Source: an uncultured Acidobacteriaceae bacterium (GTDB lineage Bacteria > Acidobacteriota > Terriglobia > Terriglobales > Acidobacteriaceae). From it: a DNA stretch of 64,000 nt. Numbering within the stretch: the stretch's first letter is position 1; every line of letters begins with the position of its first letter. The position numbers and the translations under genes are program-made. The DNA is taken from assembly GCA_964528615.1 (NCBI GenBank), contig CAZGSU010000024.1, forward strand, positions 10,459 through 74,458, written 5' to 3'. A model generated the notes under the pieces. That model made no database searches. It saw only the letters and a program-made list of their open reading frames with translations, and was not told where the DNA came from. Shown piece after piece: positions 26,588 through 36,680 of the stretch.

Positions 26588-27192
26588 TAAAAAAGATACT
26601 TCCGCCACTTATCATCTGAGCGGCCCATCAGGCGCATGATGTGCCGGCTGGTGTGCAGGTTGAAGGCGCGGGGCTCGCGCATCAGTTTCATATCCGCTTC
26701 GGTAGGAAACTGGTTACCCTTTTGGCGGTTGCAAGGATGGCAGCAAGCCACCAGGTTTTCCCAGGTGGAAGCTCCGCCTCGCGAACGCGGCACCACGTGG
26801 TCAAGCGTCAGTTCGCCGGATGGCAGTACTTCACCGCAGTATTGGCAGGTATTCCGGTCACGCAGGAGGATATTCTTGCGTGAGAGCGCGCGGGTCTGGT
26901 GCGGGATGCGCCGGTATTCGAGCAAGCGAATCACTGACGGCACACGAATGGCCAGGCGGGCGGCGTGAAGGAAGTGTCCATTCTCTTCTTCCGTCATCGC
27001 GACCCCCTTGAGTACCAGGACGATGGCTCGTCGCGCAGCGCATACATTGATCGGCTCGTAGGATGCGTTCAGCACCAGCACGGGTGTGTGCAGGGCGTGA
27101 CCGTTGCCGTCGCGGTGAACTCCAAAAACGGCCGGCGCGGGTGCATGGCCCCGCAGCGAGCCGCTCATCGAATTGTTCCACTTCCCCGACAT
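26584..27192 (-). CDS. HNH endonuclease
   Basis: CQYCGE...[33 protein letters not shown]. Confidence 0.85.
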   Translation of the reverse strand: MSGKWNNSMSGSLRGHAPAPAVFGVHRDGNGHALHTPVLVLNASYEPINVCAARRAIVLVLKGVAMTEEENGHFLHAARLAIRVPSVIRLLEYRRIPHQTRALSRKNILLRDRNTCQYCGEVLPSGELTLDHVVPRSRGGASTWENLVACCHPCNRQKGNQFPTEADMKLMREPRAFNLHTSRHIMRLMGRSDDKWRKYLFY

Positions 27193-27247
27193 ACTTACTT
27201 GGCCTTCAACTGCAGCCGCGACCCCAATGCGAGATGTATTCGCCCGC

Positions 27248-28075
27248 CTATCCTGCTGCCGCCATCACTCGTTCTTCTTCTGCCCAGCTCTGCGGCAGGA
27301 GCGCGGCCTTCGCATCTGCTTTCAGGGTCCGAGCTACAGTCGCCACAAATACTTTAGATGCGCCCGCCCGCCGCAGAACCCGGGCGCACTCCGAAACTGT
27401 GGTGCCGGTGGTGAACACGTCGTCTACCAGCAGCACCTCGTGACCGTCGATTTGCTCCGGCCTGGCCACGGCAAACGCACCACAAATGTTTTCCCGCCGC
27501 TGATGCCGCGTCAGCCCGGTTTGCGATTGGGTCTCGCGACATCGCGCCAGAACCCCGGTGGTTAGCCTGAGCCGGCCGCTTCCAGGCCCCACCTTCAACG
27601 CGTGCCGAGCGATCAACTCCGACTGGTTAAAGCCGCGCTGGCGCAGCTTCCGCGCATGCAATGGCACGGGCACAACCACGACCGGCCCTTCCGCCCAGGA
27701 AGATTTCAGTTCGCTCATGGCGTCTGCCAGCATGCGTCCCAGCACCCGCGCGGCGGGATGCACCTGCTCGTATTTAAGCAGATGTATCAGTTCGCGCAAC
27801 CCACCTTCGTAACTGCCGTACGCCACCGCTCTGGCATACGGCGGCTCCAGCCTCCGGCACAGCCCGCAACGCGGTTCGTCCGGCGAGCCGGTTAAAGCGT
27901 AGGGACTAAGCAGCCGCTCGCCGCAGACGAAGCAGACCCCGCCCTCGATTGAGCGCATGTCGGAAAGGCATGCCTGGCAGACCGGCAGGCGGGAAATGTT
28001 GATCAGGGGGGCACCGCAAAGGCGACAATCGGAGGGGAAAAGGGTAGCGAAGAGACTTTCAGCAACACCGCTCAT
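27248..28075 (-). CDS. comF: ComF family protein (phosphoribosyltransferase domain)
   Basis: N-terminal Cys clusters CRLCG...CQAC...CFVCG and PRT motif [13 protein letters not shown]. Confidence 0.85.
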   Translation of the reverse strand: MSGVAESLFATLFPSDCRLCGAPLINISRLPVCQACLSDMRSIEGGVCFVCGERLLSPYALTGSPDEPRCGLCRRLEPPYARAVAYGSYEGGLRELIHLLKYEQVHPAARVLGRMLADAMSELKSSWAEGPVVVVPVPLHARKLRQRGFNQSELIARHALKVGPGSGRLRLTTGVLARCRETQSQTGLTRHQRRENICGAFAVARPEQIDGHEVLLVDDVFTTGTTVSECARVLRRAGASKVFVATVARTLKADAKAALLPQSWAEEERVMAAAG

Positions 28076-28257
28076 CGAGGAGACCAGGATCGAGGCCAGC
28101 GACGTATCCCGTGTCCCAACCTTGGTTCCGGAAGCTCGGATTGAGTCCTCGCTACTGCTGAAGACGAACCTCCCACGCCGGTTCGAGCCCAGAAAGTACG
28201 GCGGCCAAACCCACCTCAGTATAGCGGGCTACGATGTCCCAGGCAACGACTCAACAG

Positions 28258-28467
28258 TCAGGCAACTGCGCGCCGTGCCGATTTGGACTCACGGCGTTCT
28301 CGTACCGGGACAAACACCAGCTCGTACGAACGATTGAAGCAATCGCCGCAACGCACCGGTCGATGCAGCACCAGGGGCAAAAGCAATTTTTCCGTTAGAC
28401 TTCTTGGACGTGAGCGGTATCCGTTAAAACCACCGCATTCCCGACATTGAAACAGTCCGGAGAGCAT
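28258..28467 (-). CDS. small zinc-ribbon-like protein, hypothetical
   Basis: 69 aa with CRECG...CGDC pairs. Same strand as comF and upstream of it. Confidence 0.4.
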   Translation of the reverse strand: MLSGLFQCRECGGFNGYRSRPRSLTEKLLLPLVLHRPVRCGDCFNRSYELVFVPVRERRESKSARRAVA

Positions 28468-28851
28468 GGCTACCTCGGGAGGGCCAGAGAAAAAGTGCCA
28501 GCCATGATAGCAGAACTAGCCGTCGGAAAGGAATCGAAGTAGTGGGGTCAGTTTGAAATTCTGGTGCTCCCGCACGGCCACTTCCTGGAATTGGCGATGG
28601 ATGCGGGCCGTTCGCAGGATTGAGGCCTTTGATACTTTGGCGGACGCTGGGTTTTGTATTGGGTCGAATTTGATCTTGGGTGGCGCAACTACGCACGCCT
28701 AAAGGCCTGCTCCACCCTTTGGCAAACGGTGGGGGAACGGCGCCGGGCACTTGTAAAACCAGCGCCATGCATGTTAACGTGCGCCGTCTCATATCTTTAA
28801 ACTCTTTATCAGCCAAGCCAAAGCAGTGCCTGCAGTTCAGGATCCCAGATC

Positions 28852-30909
28852 ATGAGTTCTCAAAACCCCGAAAATCCCAGCGCAACCCCAAAAGCATTCA
28901 AACCTTACGTCCCGGAAAACATGGAAATGAGGGAGTTCACCCCGCGCGCAGTGTTGCTGGGGCTGGCAATGACAGTGGTTCTGGGCGCGGCCAATGCCTA
29001 TCTGGGCCTTCGCGCGGGAATTACCATCGCCGCCACCTATCCGGCCGCGGTCATTGGCATGGCGGTATTGCGGGCGTGGAAAGGGACTCTGCTGGAAGAG
29101 AACATCGCCCGTACTGCCGGTTCGATCGGAGAGGGCATTGCGGCAGGCGCTATTTTCACCATCCCGGCGTTCGTGATCGCCAGAGCGTGGCCCTCTTTTC
29201 GACCGGCCGACGCGTACTGGAAATCCACGGCATTGATCATGGTGGGCAGCATTCTCGGGGTCCTGTTTATTTCCCTGGTGCGGCGCGTCATGGTCGAAGA
29301 TCCGGAACTACCCTTTCCTGAGTCGGTTGCCGCATCGGAGATTCACAAGGCGGGCCAGCGGGGCGCCCAGGCCGCGAAATATCTCTTCTGGAACATCGGT
29401 GTAGGCGGCGTGATTTACATACTCGGCAAGTTCGGTTTGTTTGCCGCAGACCAGGATTTTCACTTTGGCGTGGGCAGTCTGGGCCACAGCCAGGTGCGTC
29501 TCGGGACCCTTGGCAGCAGCAAGGTGGTGCCCACGGGAGGCATCAGCGTGTTCGCGGCTCCCAGCGTCAGCCCTGCTTATCTGGGCGTGGGTTACATCAT
29601 CGGAGTCCGGCTGGCTTCCATCCAGTTTGCCGGCAGCGTTCTGGCGTGGGGACTGCTTGTTCCAATGATGATTTATTTTCTTGGTCCCCAGCTAAAACAA
29701 TACTTGCCCGCTGGTACACCAAACGATTGGGCGGGCATGGCGGATTCCGTGTGGCGATATATCGTACGGCCCATCGCGGTTGGCGGAATGCTGGTGGGCG
29801 CTGCATACACCCTGTTCAAGATGCGGAATAGTTTGACCTCAGGCTTTGGCAAGGCGCTCGCCGACTTGCGCCAGACCGCGGACCAGAGAGCCAAGTTGAC
29901 CCGCACTGAACGCTACATGAGTTTCAAGACTGTTTTCAGCATGATCGCCGTGGTGTTCGTGTTGATGTGTTTTCTCTACATCCATATTTCGGGACTGGTG
30001 TGGCCGGCAATCCTCGCCGCAGTGGTAATGCTGGTGATCGGATTTTTCTTCGCCACAGTCTCGGGAAACCTGGTGGGATTCATTGGCTCGTCGAACAATC
30101 CGGTATCGGGTCTGACGCTCTCGACCTTGCTGATTGCAGCGCTGCTCATGGCTTCGATGGGAGTCTCCGGAACCTCGGGGGTGGCGGCGGTGCTGGGCGT
30201 GGCAGCGGTGGTTTGTGTGTCTTCGTCGGTAGCCGGGGAATTGCTGCAAGATTTCAAGGTTGGCTACATTCTGGGCGGCACACCGCAGAAGATTCAGATC
30301 GCAGAGCTGATCGCCGTGGTGGTGGCGAGCTTGGTGATGTACTGGCCGCTCATGTTGCTACACGAAGGCAGCATCAGGGCCGGCGGTATTGGATTTGGCG
30401 GCGCCGATCTCCCCGCGCCTCAGGCGGGACTCATGGCTACGCTGGCTCAGGGCATCGTGGGTGGCGATATGCCATGGCCGCTGGTGGGAGTCGGCATTCT
30501 GTTCGGCATCTCGATGATCATGATGCAGGTGAAAAGCCCGATGCTGGTGGCGGTCGGCATGTACCTACCGTTCGGAACCACGTTCGCGATTTTTGTAGGC
30601 GGAGTGTTCCGCACAGCCGGCGATTGGCTGGCCAAACGCCGCGGCTTGAATGAGGCACAGAGGGCGCGAGTGGAGAATGCCGGAGTTCTCACCGCGTCCG
30701 GCCTGATCGCTGGCGAAGCCATACTGGGGTTGGTTTGGGCGGGACTGCAGTTCGCCCCGCCATGGGCAAGGCCGCTAATCTTCCGAAATCCCTCGTATCT
30801 TGTGGGCGGCATGATCGTGCTGATTGCTTTGGCAGCTTTGATGATCCGGCTTCCCTTGACAAGCGCCGGCGATCCGAACGAGCCCGCGCCGCCGACCGCA
30901 ATGATGTGA
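28852..30909 (+). CDS. OPT family oligopeptide transporter
   Basis: 685 aa with many TM helices. N-terminus REFTPRAVLLGLAMTVVLGAANAYLGLRAGITIAATYPAAV is typical of bacterial OPT proteins. Confidence 0.85.
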   Translation: MSSQNPENPSATPKAFKPYVPENMEMREFTPRAVLLGLAMTVVLGAANAYLGLRAGITIAATYPAAVIGMAVLRAWKGTLLEENIARTAGSIGEGIAAGAIFTIPAFVIARAWPSFRPADAYWKSTALIMVGSILGVLFISLVRRVMVEDPELPFPESVAASEIHKAGQRGAQAAKYLFWNIGVGGVIYILGKFGLFAADQDFHFGVGSLGHSQVRLGTLGSSKVVPTGGISVFAAPSVSPAYLGVGYIIGVRLASIQFAGSVLAWGLLVPMMIYFLGPQLKQYLPAGTPNDWAGMADSVWRYIVRPIAVGGMLVGAAYTLFKMRNSLTSGFGKALADLRQTADQRAKLTRTERYMSFKTVFSMIAVVFVLMCFLYIHISGLVWPAILAAVVMLVIGFFFATVSGNLVGFIGSSNNPVSGLTLSTLLIAALLMASMGVSGTSGVAAVLGVAAVVCVSSSVAGELLQDFKVGYILGGTPQKIQIAELIAVVVASLVMYWPLMLLHEGSIRAGGIGFGGADLPAPQAGLMATLAQGIVGGDMPWPLVGVGILFGISMIMMQVKSPMLVAVGMYLPFGTTFAIFVGGVFRTAGDWLAKRRGLNEAQRARVENAGVLTASGLIAGEAILGLVWAGLQFAPPWARPLIFRNPSYLVGGMIVLIALAALMIRLPLTSAGDPNEPAPPTAMM

Positions 30910-30915
30910 CGGTTA

Positions 30916-30940
30916 TGTGGCGCGGGCGCCCTCGCCCGCG
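30916..30940 (+). repeat. GC-rich REP-like 25-mer hairpin, copy 2
   Basis: tgtggcgcgggcgccctcgcccgcg, beginning 7 nt after the OPT stop. Confidence 0.85.
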
Positions 30941-31065
30941 ATTTCCCCTGAATTCTCGGGCAAAAGAGCGCCGATGAAAGCTTCGTCTGCGTCAAATGCA
31001 ACAGTCTGGTTGACCAACCCAAGCAGCGGTGGTGGTCGGGATGGCGCTATTGCCCGAATGGCCAC

Positions 31066-31416
31066 GTGCTCTACGTCCGAGGTTTTGGGCCTTCGGTGGA
31101 GCAGTCGTTCTGGAAGTCGTTCCTGAAGGGTTTTGTACCGAGCATCATTGTCTTCGGCTTGATCGTACTAACGTTTGCCGTTGCTGCTGATCTCCCCAAC
31201 CGGGTTCGGGGGTCGGTGGCGCCTACCGTGGGATTCGTGGTGTCTGTCTTCTATTTACTTACGGGCCTCATCTCGTTAAGAAAAGTGCACATCTGGTCGG
31301 GGCGGGCAGGGCCGGTTCAAAGGCTGGTTGCTTACGCGAGGGGAAGAGCCTACGGTTTTCTTGCCGCTGTTGCCTGCCAGCTTGGCATCATATTAGCGTT
31401 ACTGTTTGTGAAGTGA
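31066..31416 (+). CDS. hypothetical membrane protein
   Basis: 116 aa with three hydrophobic helices. GTG start is uncertain. Confidence 0.45.
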   Translation: MLYVRGFGPSVEQSFWKSFLKGFVPSIIVFGLIVLTFAVAADLPNRVRGSVAPTVGFVVSVFYLLTGLISLRKVHIWSGRAGPVQRLVAYARGRAYGFLAAVACQLGIILALLFVK

Positions 31417-31551
31417 CGCGCTTCCGAGGAAATTGACGATTAGCACGCTTTGAACCGCCTGCGCGTTCCCCTTCGTTGCTGGAGGAGGTCAGAATCGCGA
31501 ATTTAACTGGTGGTCGTCTGTCCGAGGTCCGAAGTCCGAAGCCTGTTCTCA

Positions 31552-32256
31552 ATGTCCATCCCCGAAAATGTCGTTCTAGTACGCGAGCTGATTGCAGCCG
31601 CTGCGCGCCGCGCCAGGCGGAATCCCGAAGAAATCACGCTCATGGCGGTAAGCAAGACTTTCGCTGCGGAGCGCGTCCGCGAGGCTTACCGGGCTGGACT
31701 TCGGGCGTTCGGCGAGAATCGCGTGCAGGAATTTGCCGGCAAGGCTGGAGCTCTCGCTGATTTGGAAGATGCCAAATGGCACATGATCGGCCATCTGCAG
31801 ACGAACAAGGCTTTGAGGGCGGTGGAACTTTTTACTGCAATCGACTCGGTGGATTCGCTGCGCCTGGCGGAAAAACTAAATGCCTCGGCCGGGCAGTGTG
31901 GGAAGAAGCTTCAGGTGTTGATCGAGATCAACGTTGGCGGGGAGGCGGCCAAGAGCGGCCTGCCTTCTGAATCGCCCGAGCTGGAAAAGCTTCTCCTCGC
32001 CGCACCGCAACTGGAACACCTGGAGCTTCGCGGCTTGATGACCATCCCGCCGTTCACCGATGATCCGCAACAGGCACGGCCCGATTTTCGCAAGTTGCGC
32101 GAATTGCGTGACCAGATCGCGGCGCGGAGACTGCCGAACGTCAGCATGAATGTACTTTCCATGGGCATGTCGCACGACTTCGAGATTGCGATCGAAGAAG
32201 GCTCGACCTGCGTGCGAGTGGGTACAGCAATCTTTGGAGAAAGGGCAAAAGCCTAA
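31552..32256 (+). CDS. yggS: YggS family pyridoxal-phosphate homeostasis protein
   Basis: ATG 31552. PLP-Lys context ITLMAVSKTF, GENRVQE, HMIGHLQTNK and LSMGMSHDFEIAIEEGST. Confidence 0.9.
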   Translation: MSIPENVVLVRELIAAAARRARRNPEEITLMAVSKTFAAERVREAYRAGLRAFGENRVQEFAGKAGALADLEDAKWHMIGHLQTNKALRAVELFTAIDSVDSLRLAEKLNASAGQCGKKLQVLIEINVGGEAAKSGLPSESPELEKLLLAAPQLEHLELRGLMTIPPFTDDPQQARPDFRKLRELRDQIAARRLPNVSMNVLSMGMSHDFEIAIEEGSTCVRVGTAIFGERAKA

Positions 32257-32298
32257 CCAGAGGCATAGGGAAATCCGAAGGCATTTGTCTGAGTTCGC

Positions 32299-32316
32299 TG
32301 TGTCGATTTCGACACA
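32299..32316. promoter_or_regulatory. perfect 8+8 palindrome upstream of the DUF167 gene
   Basis: TGTGTCGA tt TCGACACA, ending 21 nt before the ATG at 32337. Confidence 0.25.
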
Positions 32317-32336
32317 TCTGTGGTAAATCGCTCGTC

Positions 32337-32624
32337 ATGGTGTCCGTTCACGAGACGCTCTCGGGTGTGACGTTCGCGGTCAAGGTTCATCCCCGCGCCA
32401 GGAAGAATGCCATCACCGGCGAGATCGGTGATGCGCTGAAAGTGTCTTTGACTGCTCCGCCCGTGGAGGGACGGGCCAACGAGGCCTGCATAGAATTCTT
32501 CGCAAATCTTTTGAAGGTTGCCAGATCCTCCGTTACCATAGCGTCCGGCCAGACCAGCCGGAGCAAGATCGTTCATGTCACAGGAATTTCCGCGGAGGAA
32601 GTCAGGCGGAGACTCTCGGTCTGA
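32337..32624 (+). CDS. DUF167 (YggU) family protein
   Basis: VKVHPRARKNAI...LKVSLTAPPVEGRANEACIEFFA. Confidence 0.85.
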   Translation: MVSVHETLSGVTFAVKVHPRARKNAITGEIGDALKVSLTAPPVEGRANEACIEFFANLLKVARSSVTIASGQTSRSKIVHVTGISAEEVRRRLSV

Positions 32625-33921
32625 TCCGGTAAACCACCACCAGGAGCCGTTTCTGACCTTTTCCGAACGCTTGCATGAGATTCGCACTGGTTTTGAGCGG
32701 CCATTCTGGGTCGCCAATATCAGCGAACTTTTTGAACGGCTTTCCTACTATGCCGCGTTCGCATCGCTGGCGCGCTACCTGCACGAGACCTTGAATTTTC
32801 GCGTGGAACAGGCCAGCAGCCTGACTGGACTGTTCGGAGGCCTGGTCTGGTTTCTGGCAGTATTCGGCGGGACCGTCGCGGATCGTCTGGGCTTCCGCCG
32901 GTCGCTTTCGCTGGCCTACCTGACTCTGAGTTGCTCGTACTTCCTGCTGGGATCGATCGGCGCGCCCTGGCTCGCTCCGGTACGCAACGCGATGCCGCTG
33001 GGCGTGCTGGTGACGCTGATCCTCATGCTGCCGGCGTTGGGCGTCGCGTTGGTCAAACCATGCGTAGTCGGAACCACGGCACGCGCTTCCAAAGAAAATG
33101 TTCGCTCCATCGGCTATTCGATTTACTACACGCTGGTAAACATCGGCGGGGCTGCCGGACCTTACATTGCGTCCTGGGTGCATCAACACATGCGGGTGGA
33201 GAATGTCTTTCGGGTGGCGGCATTGAGCGTATTCGCCATGTTCTTCGCCGTGCTGCTGCTGTTCAAAGAGCCGCGTCGCTCTGGCGATGCCCCGACCACG
33301 AGCCTGGCTCAGTCGGCAAAGAACTTTGGCACTGTCATTTCCAATCCTCGATTCATGTTGTTCCTGTTGATCTTCTCCGGCTACTGGGTGGTTTACTGGC
33401 AGGAATTCATCATTCTGCCGCTTTATGTCCACGACTATATTGATCCCAAGGCCAACACCGAACTGCTGCTCGTAACCGGGCCCCTGACGGTGATCACGCT
33501 GCAGCTGCTGGTGAGCATTCTCACGCAGAAGATGCCCGCATTTCGCGCCATCACTCTCGGAACACTTATTTCCGGCGTTGCGTGGCTCATTCTGATCGCG
33601 CGTCCCACGGTTCTTATAGCCGTGTTCACGCTGTTTGCGGTTTCGATTGGCGAGATTACGCAATCCCCACGCTACTACGAATATATTTCGCGGCTCGCAC
33701 CACCCGGACAACAGGGAACGTACATGGGCTTTGCCTTCCTACCCATCGGCATTGGCTCGCTGGCCGGCGGCTGGTTCGGAGGGAAACTGATCCATCACTT
33801 TGGAGAAGTCACTCATCAGCCGGGCCGCATCTGGTGGGCGGTGACCGCTGTTGGTGTTGCGACCGCGGCGCTGTTGTGGACTTATGACAAGACGCTGAAA
33901 CCCGCCGGCGTTGCCCAGTGA
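32575..33921 (+). CDS. MFS transporter, POT/PTR2-like
   Basis: ELFERLSYYA motif and about 12 TM helices. ATG 32575 overlaps yggU by 50 nt; the in-frame TTG at 32671 is an alternative start. Confidence 0.8.
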   Translation: MSQEFPRRKSGGDSRSDPVNHHQEPFLTFSERLHEIRTGFERPFWVANISELFERLSYYAAFASLARYLHETLNFRVEQASSLTGLFGGLVWFLAVFGGTVADRLGFRRSLSLAYLTLSCSYFLLGSIGAPWLAPVRNAMPLGVLVTLILMLPALGVALVKPCVVGTTARASKENVRSIGYSIYYTLVNIGGAAGPYIASWVHQHMRVENVFRVAALSVFAMFFAVLLLFKEPRRSGDAPTTSLAQSAKNFGTVISNPRFMLFLLIFSGYWVVYWQEFIILPLYVHDYIDPKANTELLLVTGPLTVITLQLLVSILTQKMPAFRAITLGTLISGVAWLILIARPTVLIAVFTLFAVSIGEITQSPRYYEYISRLAPPGQQGTYMGFAFLPIGIGSLAGGWFGGKLIHHFGEVTHQPGRIWWAVTAVGVATAALLWTYDKTLKPAGVAQ

Positions 33922-33926
33922 AATAG

Positions 33927-34658
33927 ATGGTGCAAGGGAAAATAACGCCTGCCTCCGTTGCCAATGAGATCCGTCGCACATTGAAGGCGGGCGGCTCGGT
34001 CGAGCGGGCATCCAGCGTGCAGCGGTTCTTCAAGGACGAAATCCAATCCCAGGGCTGGCGTACCGCGGACGTCCGCCGGGCTTCCATTCGATGGCGGCGG
34101 GAAATCCTGCAACAATCCGACCTCAAATTTCTTCTACGGGTAGCGGACGATCTTTTCACGGGGACGGTCAATGAAGAGAAGAATGTGGCGGTGTTTCTGC
34201 TGGAAAACATTACCGCCGGGTTTGGCGATGAAGAGTTTCGACTCCTCGAGTCCTGGCTGCGGCGAATCAGCAACTGGTCTGACCACGATGCATTGGTGCA
34301 CTATCTGATCGCCCCGATGATTGTGGCCAAACCGGCGCGAGCAAGGAAGGTATTTCTCTGGGCGAAGTCGAAGAATCGTTGGTATCGCCGGGCCGCGTGC
34401 GTAGCTTTGATCCAGGGCACACGGCGGAAAATGTTCTTTCCTGAAATCACGAAGCTGGGTGACCAGCTTCTCTTGGACGAGGACGACATGGTGCAGAAGG
34501 GCCTGGGCTGGCTGTTGCGGGAAACCGCGAAGGCCGATGCAAGGCGCACGATGCCATACCTGATGAGTATTCGTGAGCGGGCATCGCGACTGGTACTGAG
34601 GACAGCTTGCGAAACCCTTCCGGTCGGGATCCGGAAGAGAGTTCTAACGGCTCCGTGA
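33927..34658 (+). CDS. DNA alkylation repair protein (AlkD/AlkC-like HEAT repeats)
   Basis: VQRFFKDEIQSQGWRTADVR...NWSDHDAL...KGLGWLLRE pattern. Confidence 0.75.
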   Translation: MVQGKITPASVANEIRRTLKAGGSVERASSVQRFFKDEIQSQGWRTADVRRASIRWRREILQQSDLKFLLRVADDLFTGTVNEEKNVAVFLLENITAGFGDEEFRLLESWLRRISNWSDHDALVHYLIAPMIVAKPARARKVFLWAKSKNRWYRRAACVALIQGTRRKMFFPEITKLGDQLLLDEDDMVQKGLGWLLRETAKADARRTMPYLMSIRERASRLVLRTACETLPVGIRKRVLTAP

Positions 34659-34684
34659 ACTTTTCGAATGGGCTGACGCAAACT

Positions 34685-34724
34685 GCCGAGCTTCGCTCGG
34701 CCTGACCGGGTCTGAGACCCGGTC
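34685..34724 (+). terminator. two consecutive GC-rich hairpins after the alkylation-repair gene
   Basis: gccgag cttcg ctcggc followed by gaccgggtc tga gacccggtc (9 bp perfect). No U tract follows. Confidence 0.35.
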
Positions 34725-34807
34725 CCACACAGGCGCCGATGATGTTAGGGCCGGATGCGTTCGGCGCAGCACCCTTGTTTTGGGCCTGTTAGAATAGTTG
34801 TTTGCCC

Positions 34808-35974
34808 ATGGATCTTGCCGCCATCCAAGCCGCGCTTCGCGAGCGGAACATCGATGCCTGGCTCTTTTACGATCACCATCATCGCGATCCCATCGCATAC
34901 AGTGTGCTGGGATTGCCCGCCGGACAAATGGTCACCCGGCGGTGGTTCTATCTGATTCCGGCGAATGGCGAACCGGTAAAACTCGTACATAGAATTGAGT
35001 CCGGCCACCTCGACACCCTTCCGGGACAGAAAAAGCAATATTCCGGGTGGCAGGAACTGTTCGACCAGGTCAAGGCAATGCTCACCAATTCTCGGGACAT
35101 TGCCATGCAATATTCGCCGAACAACCTGGTCTTCACTATTTCATTGGTGGATGGCGGCACGCTCGACCTGATCCGCGGCCTGGGCAAGAACGTGGTCAGT
35201 TCTGCCGACCTGGTGGCACAGTTCCAGGCAACCTGGAGCGAAGATCAGATCAAATCCCATTTCGCAGCCCGCGATGCGATTGACCCAATTACCACCGCCG
35301 CATTCCAGGAAATCGGCCAGCGCGTACGGAACGGCGGCACAAACGAACATCAGATGCAACAGTGGATCCTGGAGGCTTTTCGCCGTGAAAACCTCGTGGC
35401 CGACGATCTTCCTGTAGTCGCGGTCAACGCCAACAGCGGCAATCCGCACTACGCTCCGGAGCCCGCGCATTCAAGACCTATTGGTCGGGGAGATTTTGTC
35501 CTGCTCGATATCTGGGCTAAGAAGAACACGCCCGAGGCCGTATACTACGACATCACATGGACTGGTTTTGTGGGCGAGTCGCCTTCCGATCGCATGCGGG
35601 AGGTCTTCAACACGGTCCGCCAGGCGCGCGACGTCGGAGTGAAGACTGTGTGTGAAGCGGTGGCTGCCGGCAGACCCATCGCGGGATGGGAAGTTGATCG
35701 CGCGGTTCGGAGTTTCATCAGGGATGCCGGCTTCGAGCGGTATTTTATTCATCGCACGGGACATTCCATCGGCACCGATGTTCACGCCAACGGCGCAAAC
35801 ATGGATGACCTGGAAATTCACGACGAGCGCCGTATCCTGCCTAACTCGTGCTTCTCCATCGAGCCCGGCATTTATTTGCCGGAGTTCGGAGTGCGCAGTG
35901 AGGTGAACGTGCTGGTAAGGTCGAAGGCGGCGGAAGTGACGGGCAAAATTCAAAGTGAAATCGTGACCATCTGA
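34808..35974 (+). CDS. M24 family metallopeptidase (Xaa-Pro aminopeptidase-like)
   Basis: DFVLLDIWA, HRTGHSIG, FSIEPGIY and VRSEVNV metal-ligand contexts. Confidence 0.88.
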   Translation: MDLAAIQAALRERNIDAWLFYDHHHRDPIAYSVLGLPAGQMVTRRWFYLIPANGEPVKLVHRIESGHLDTLPGQKKQYSGWQELFDQVKAMLTNSRDIAMQYSPNNLVFTISLVDGGTLDLIRGLGKNVVSSADLVAQFQATWSEDQIKSHFAARDAIDPITTAAFQEIGQRVRNGGTNEHQMQQWILEAFRRENLVADDLPVVAVNANSGNPHYAPEPAHSRPIGRGDFVLLDIWAKKNTPEAVYYDITWTGFVGESPSDRMREVFNTVRQARDVGVKTVCEAVAAGRPIAGWEVDRAVRSFIRDAGFERYFIHRTGHSIGTDVHANGANMDDLEIHDERRILPNSCFSIEPGIYLPEFGVRSEVNVLVRSKAAEVTGKIQSEIVTI

Positions 35975-36400
35975 ATGGCAAATTCTACGAAACCAGCTCC
36001 GGAAGCGCAGAAGACACCAACGACGCCGGCATCTTCCGGGATGGCGGTGATCGCGCCGGCTGTGGGATGGCTGATTCCGGGCGCAGGGCACCTGATCCAG
36101 AAGCGCTGGATACGCGGCCTGTTGCTCATGGCCTCGATCAGCACCATGTTCATTCTCGGACTGCTGATGCAGGGCCGGGTCTATCTGCTCAACGGTGGCG
36201 ACATTCTGGACATTCTCGGATTCGTCGGGGATGTGGGAGCCGGCGGGCTCTACATTGTGACTCGCATGCAAGGCTGGGGACACGGTGCCATCGCCCACGC
36301 GACTGCGGACTATGGCACCAAGTATCTGATCGTGGCCGGATTGCTGAATTTCATCAGCGTGGCCGACGCCTACCACATCGCCATCGGGAAAAAATCGTGA
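35975..36400 (+). CDS. hypothetical membrane protein
   Basis: ATG overlaps the upstream stop (TGAATG). GWLIPGAGHLIQKRWIRGLLL followed by TM helices. Confidence 0.6.
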   Translation: MANSTKPAPEAQKTPTTPASSGMAVIAPAVGWLIPGAGHLIQKRWIRGLLLMASISTMFILGLLMQGRVYLLNGGDILDILGFVGDVGAGGLYIVTRMQGWGHGAIAHATADYGTKYLIVAGLLNFISVADAYHIAIGKKS

Positions 36401-36413
36401 TCGGAAAAACAGA

Positions 36414-36596
36414 ATGACCCTGGAACTCAGCCATTTCAGCGCCGCCGTGCTGTTCTCGGTATTCGCCTCCGTAGTTTTTGGAATCACCCAGCGCAATAAC
36501 CCCACCGAGCAGGTCCGCTACGGCTTGTATTGCTTCGTGATGTTTGCCGGTGGAGTGTTTCTGGCGGGCTGGGTGATGTGGCTGTTAAGACATTAG
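36414..36596 (+). CDS. small membrane protein, hypothetical
   Basis: 60 aa with two TM helices, tightly spaced after the preceding gene. Confidence 0.45.
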   Translation: MTLELSHFSAAVLFSVFASVVFGITQRNNPTEQVRYGLYCFVMFAGGVFLAGWVMWLLRH

Positions 36597-36604
36597 GCAT
36601 CGGA

Positions 36605-36666
36605 CCTCGGGCGTCAGGCGTCCGCCCTCTGATTTTCGCGGACCGGCCGAAGTCTGACGCCCGAGG
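36605..36666. terminator. 13-bp perfect inverted repeat with nested hairpin between convergent genes
   Basis: cctcgggcgtcag ... ctgacgcccgagg. The interior holds gtccgc...gcggac. Confidence 0.45.
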
Positions 36667-36680
36667 CCCGCCGTCCGTTC

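Noticed and set aside
28180-28190. tRNA gene or fragment suggested by GGTTCGAGCCC (T-loop-like)
   Set aside because: The flanking bases cannot form a T-stem (gccgg against ccaga). No acceptor or anticodon arms are apparent upstream.
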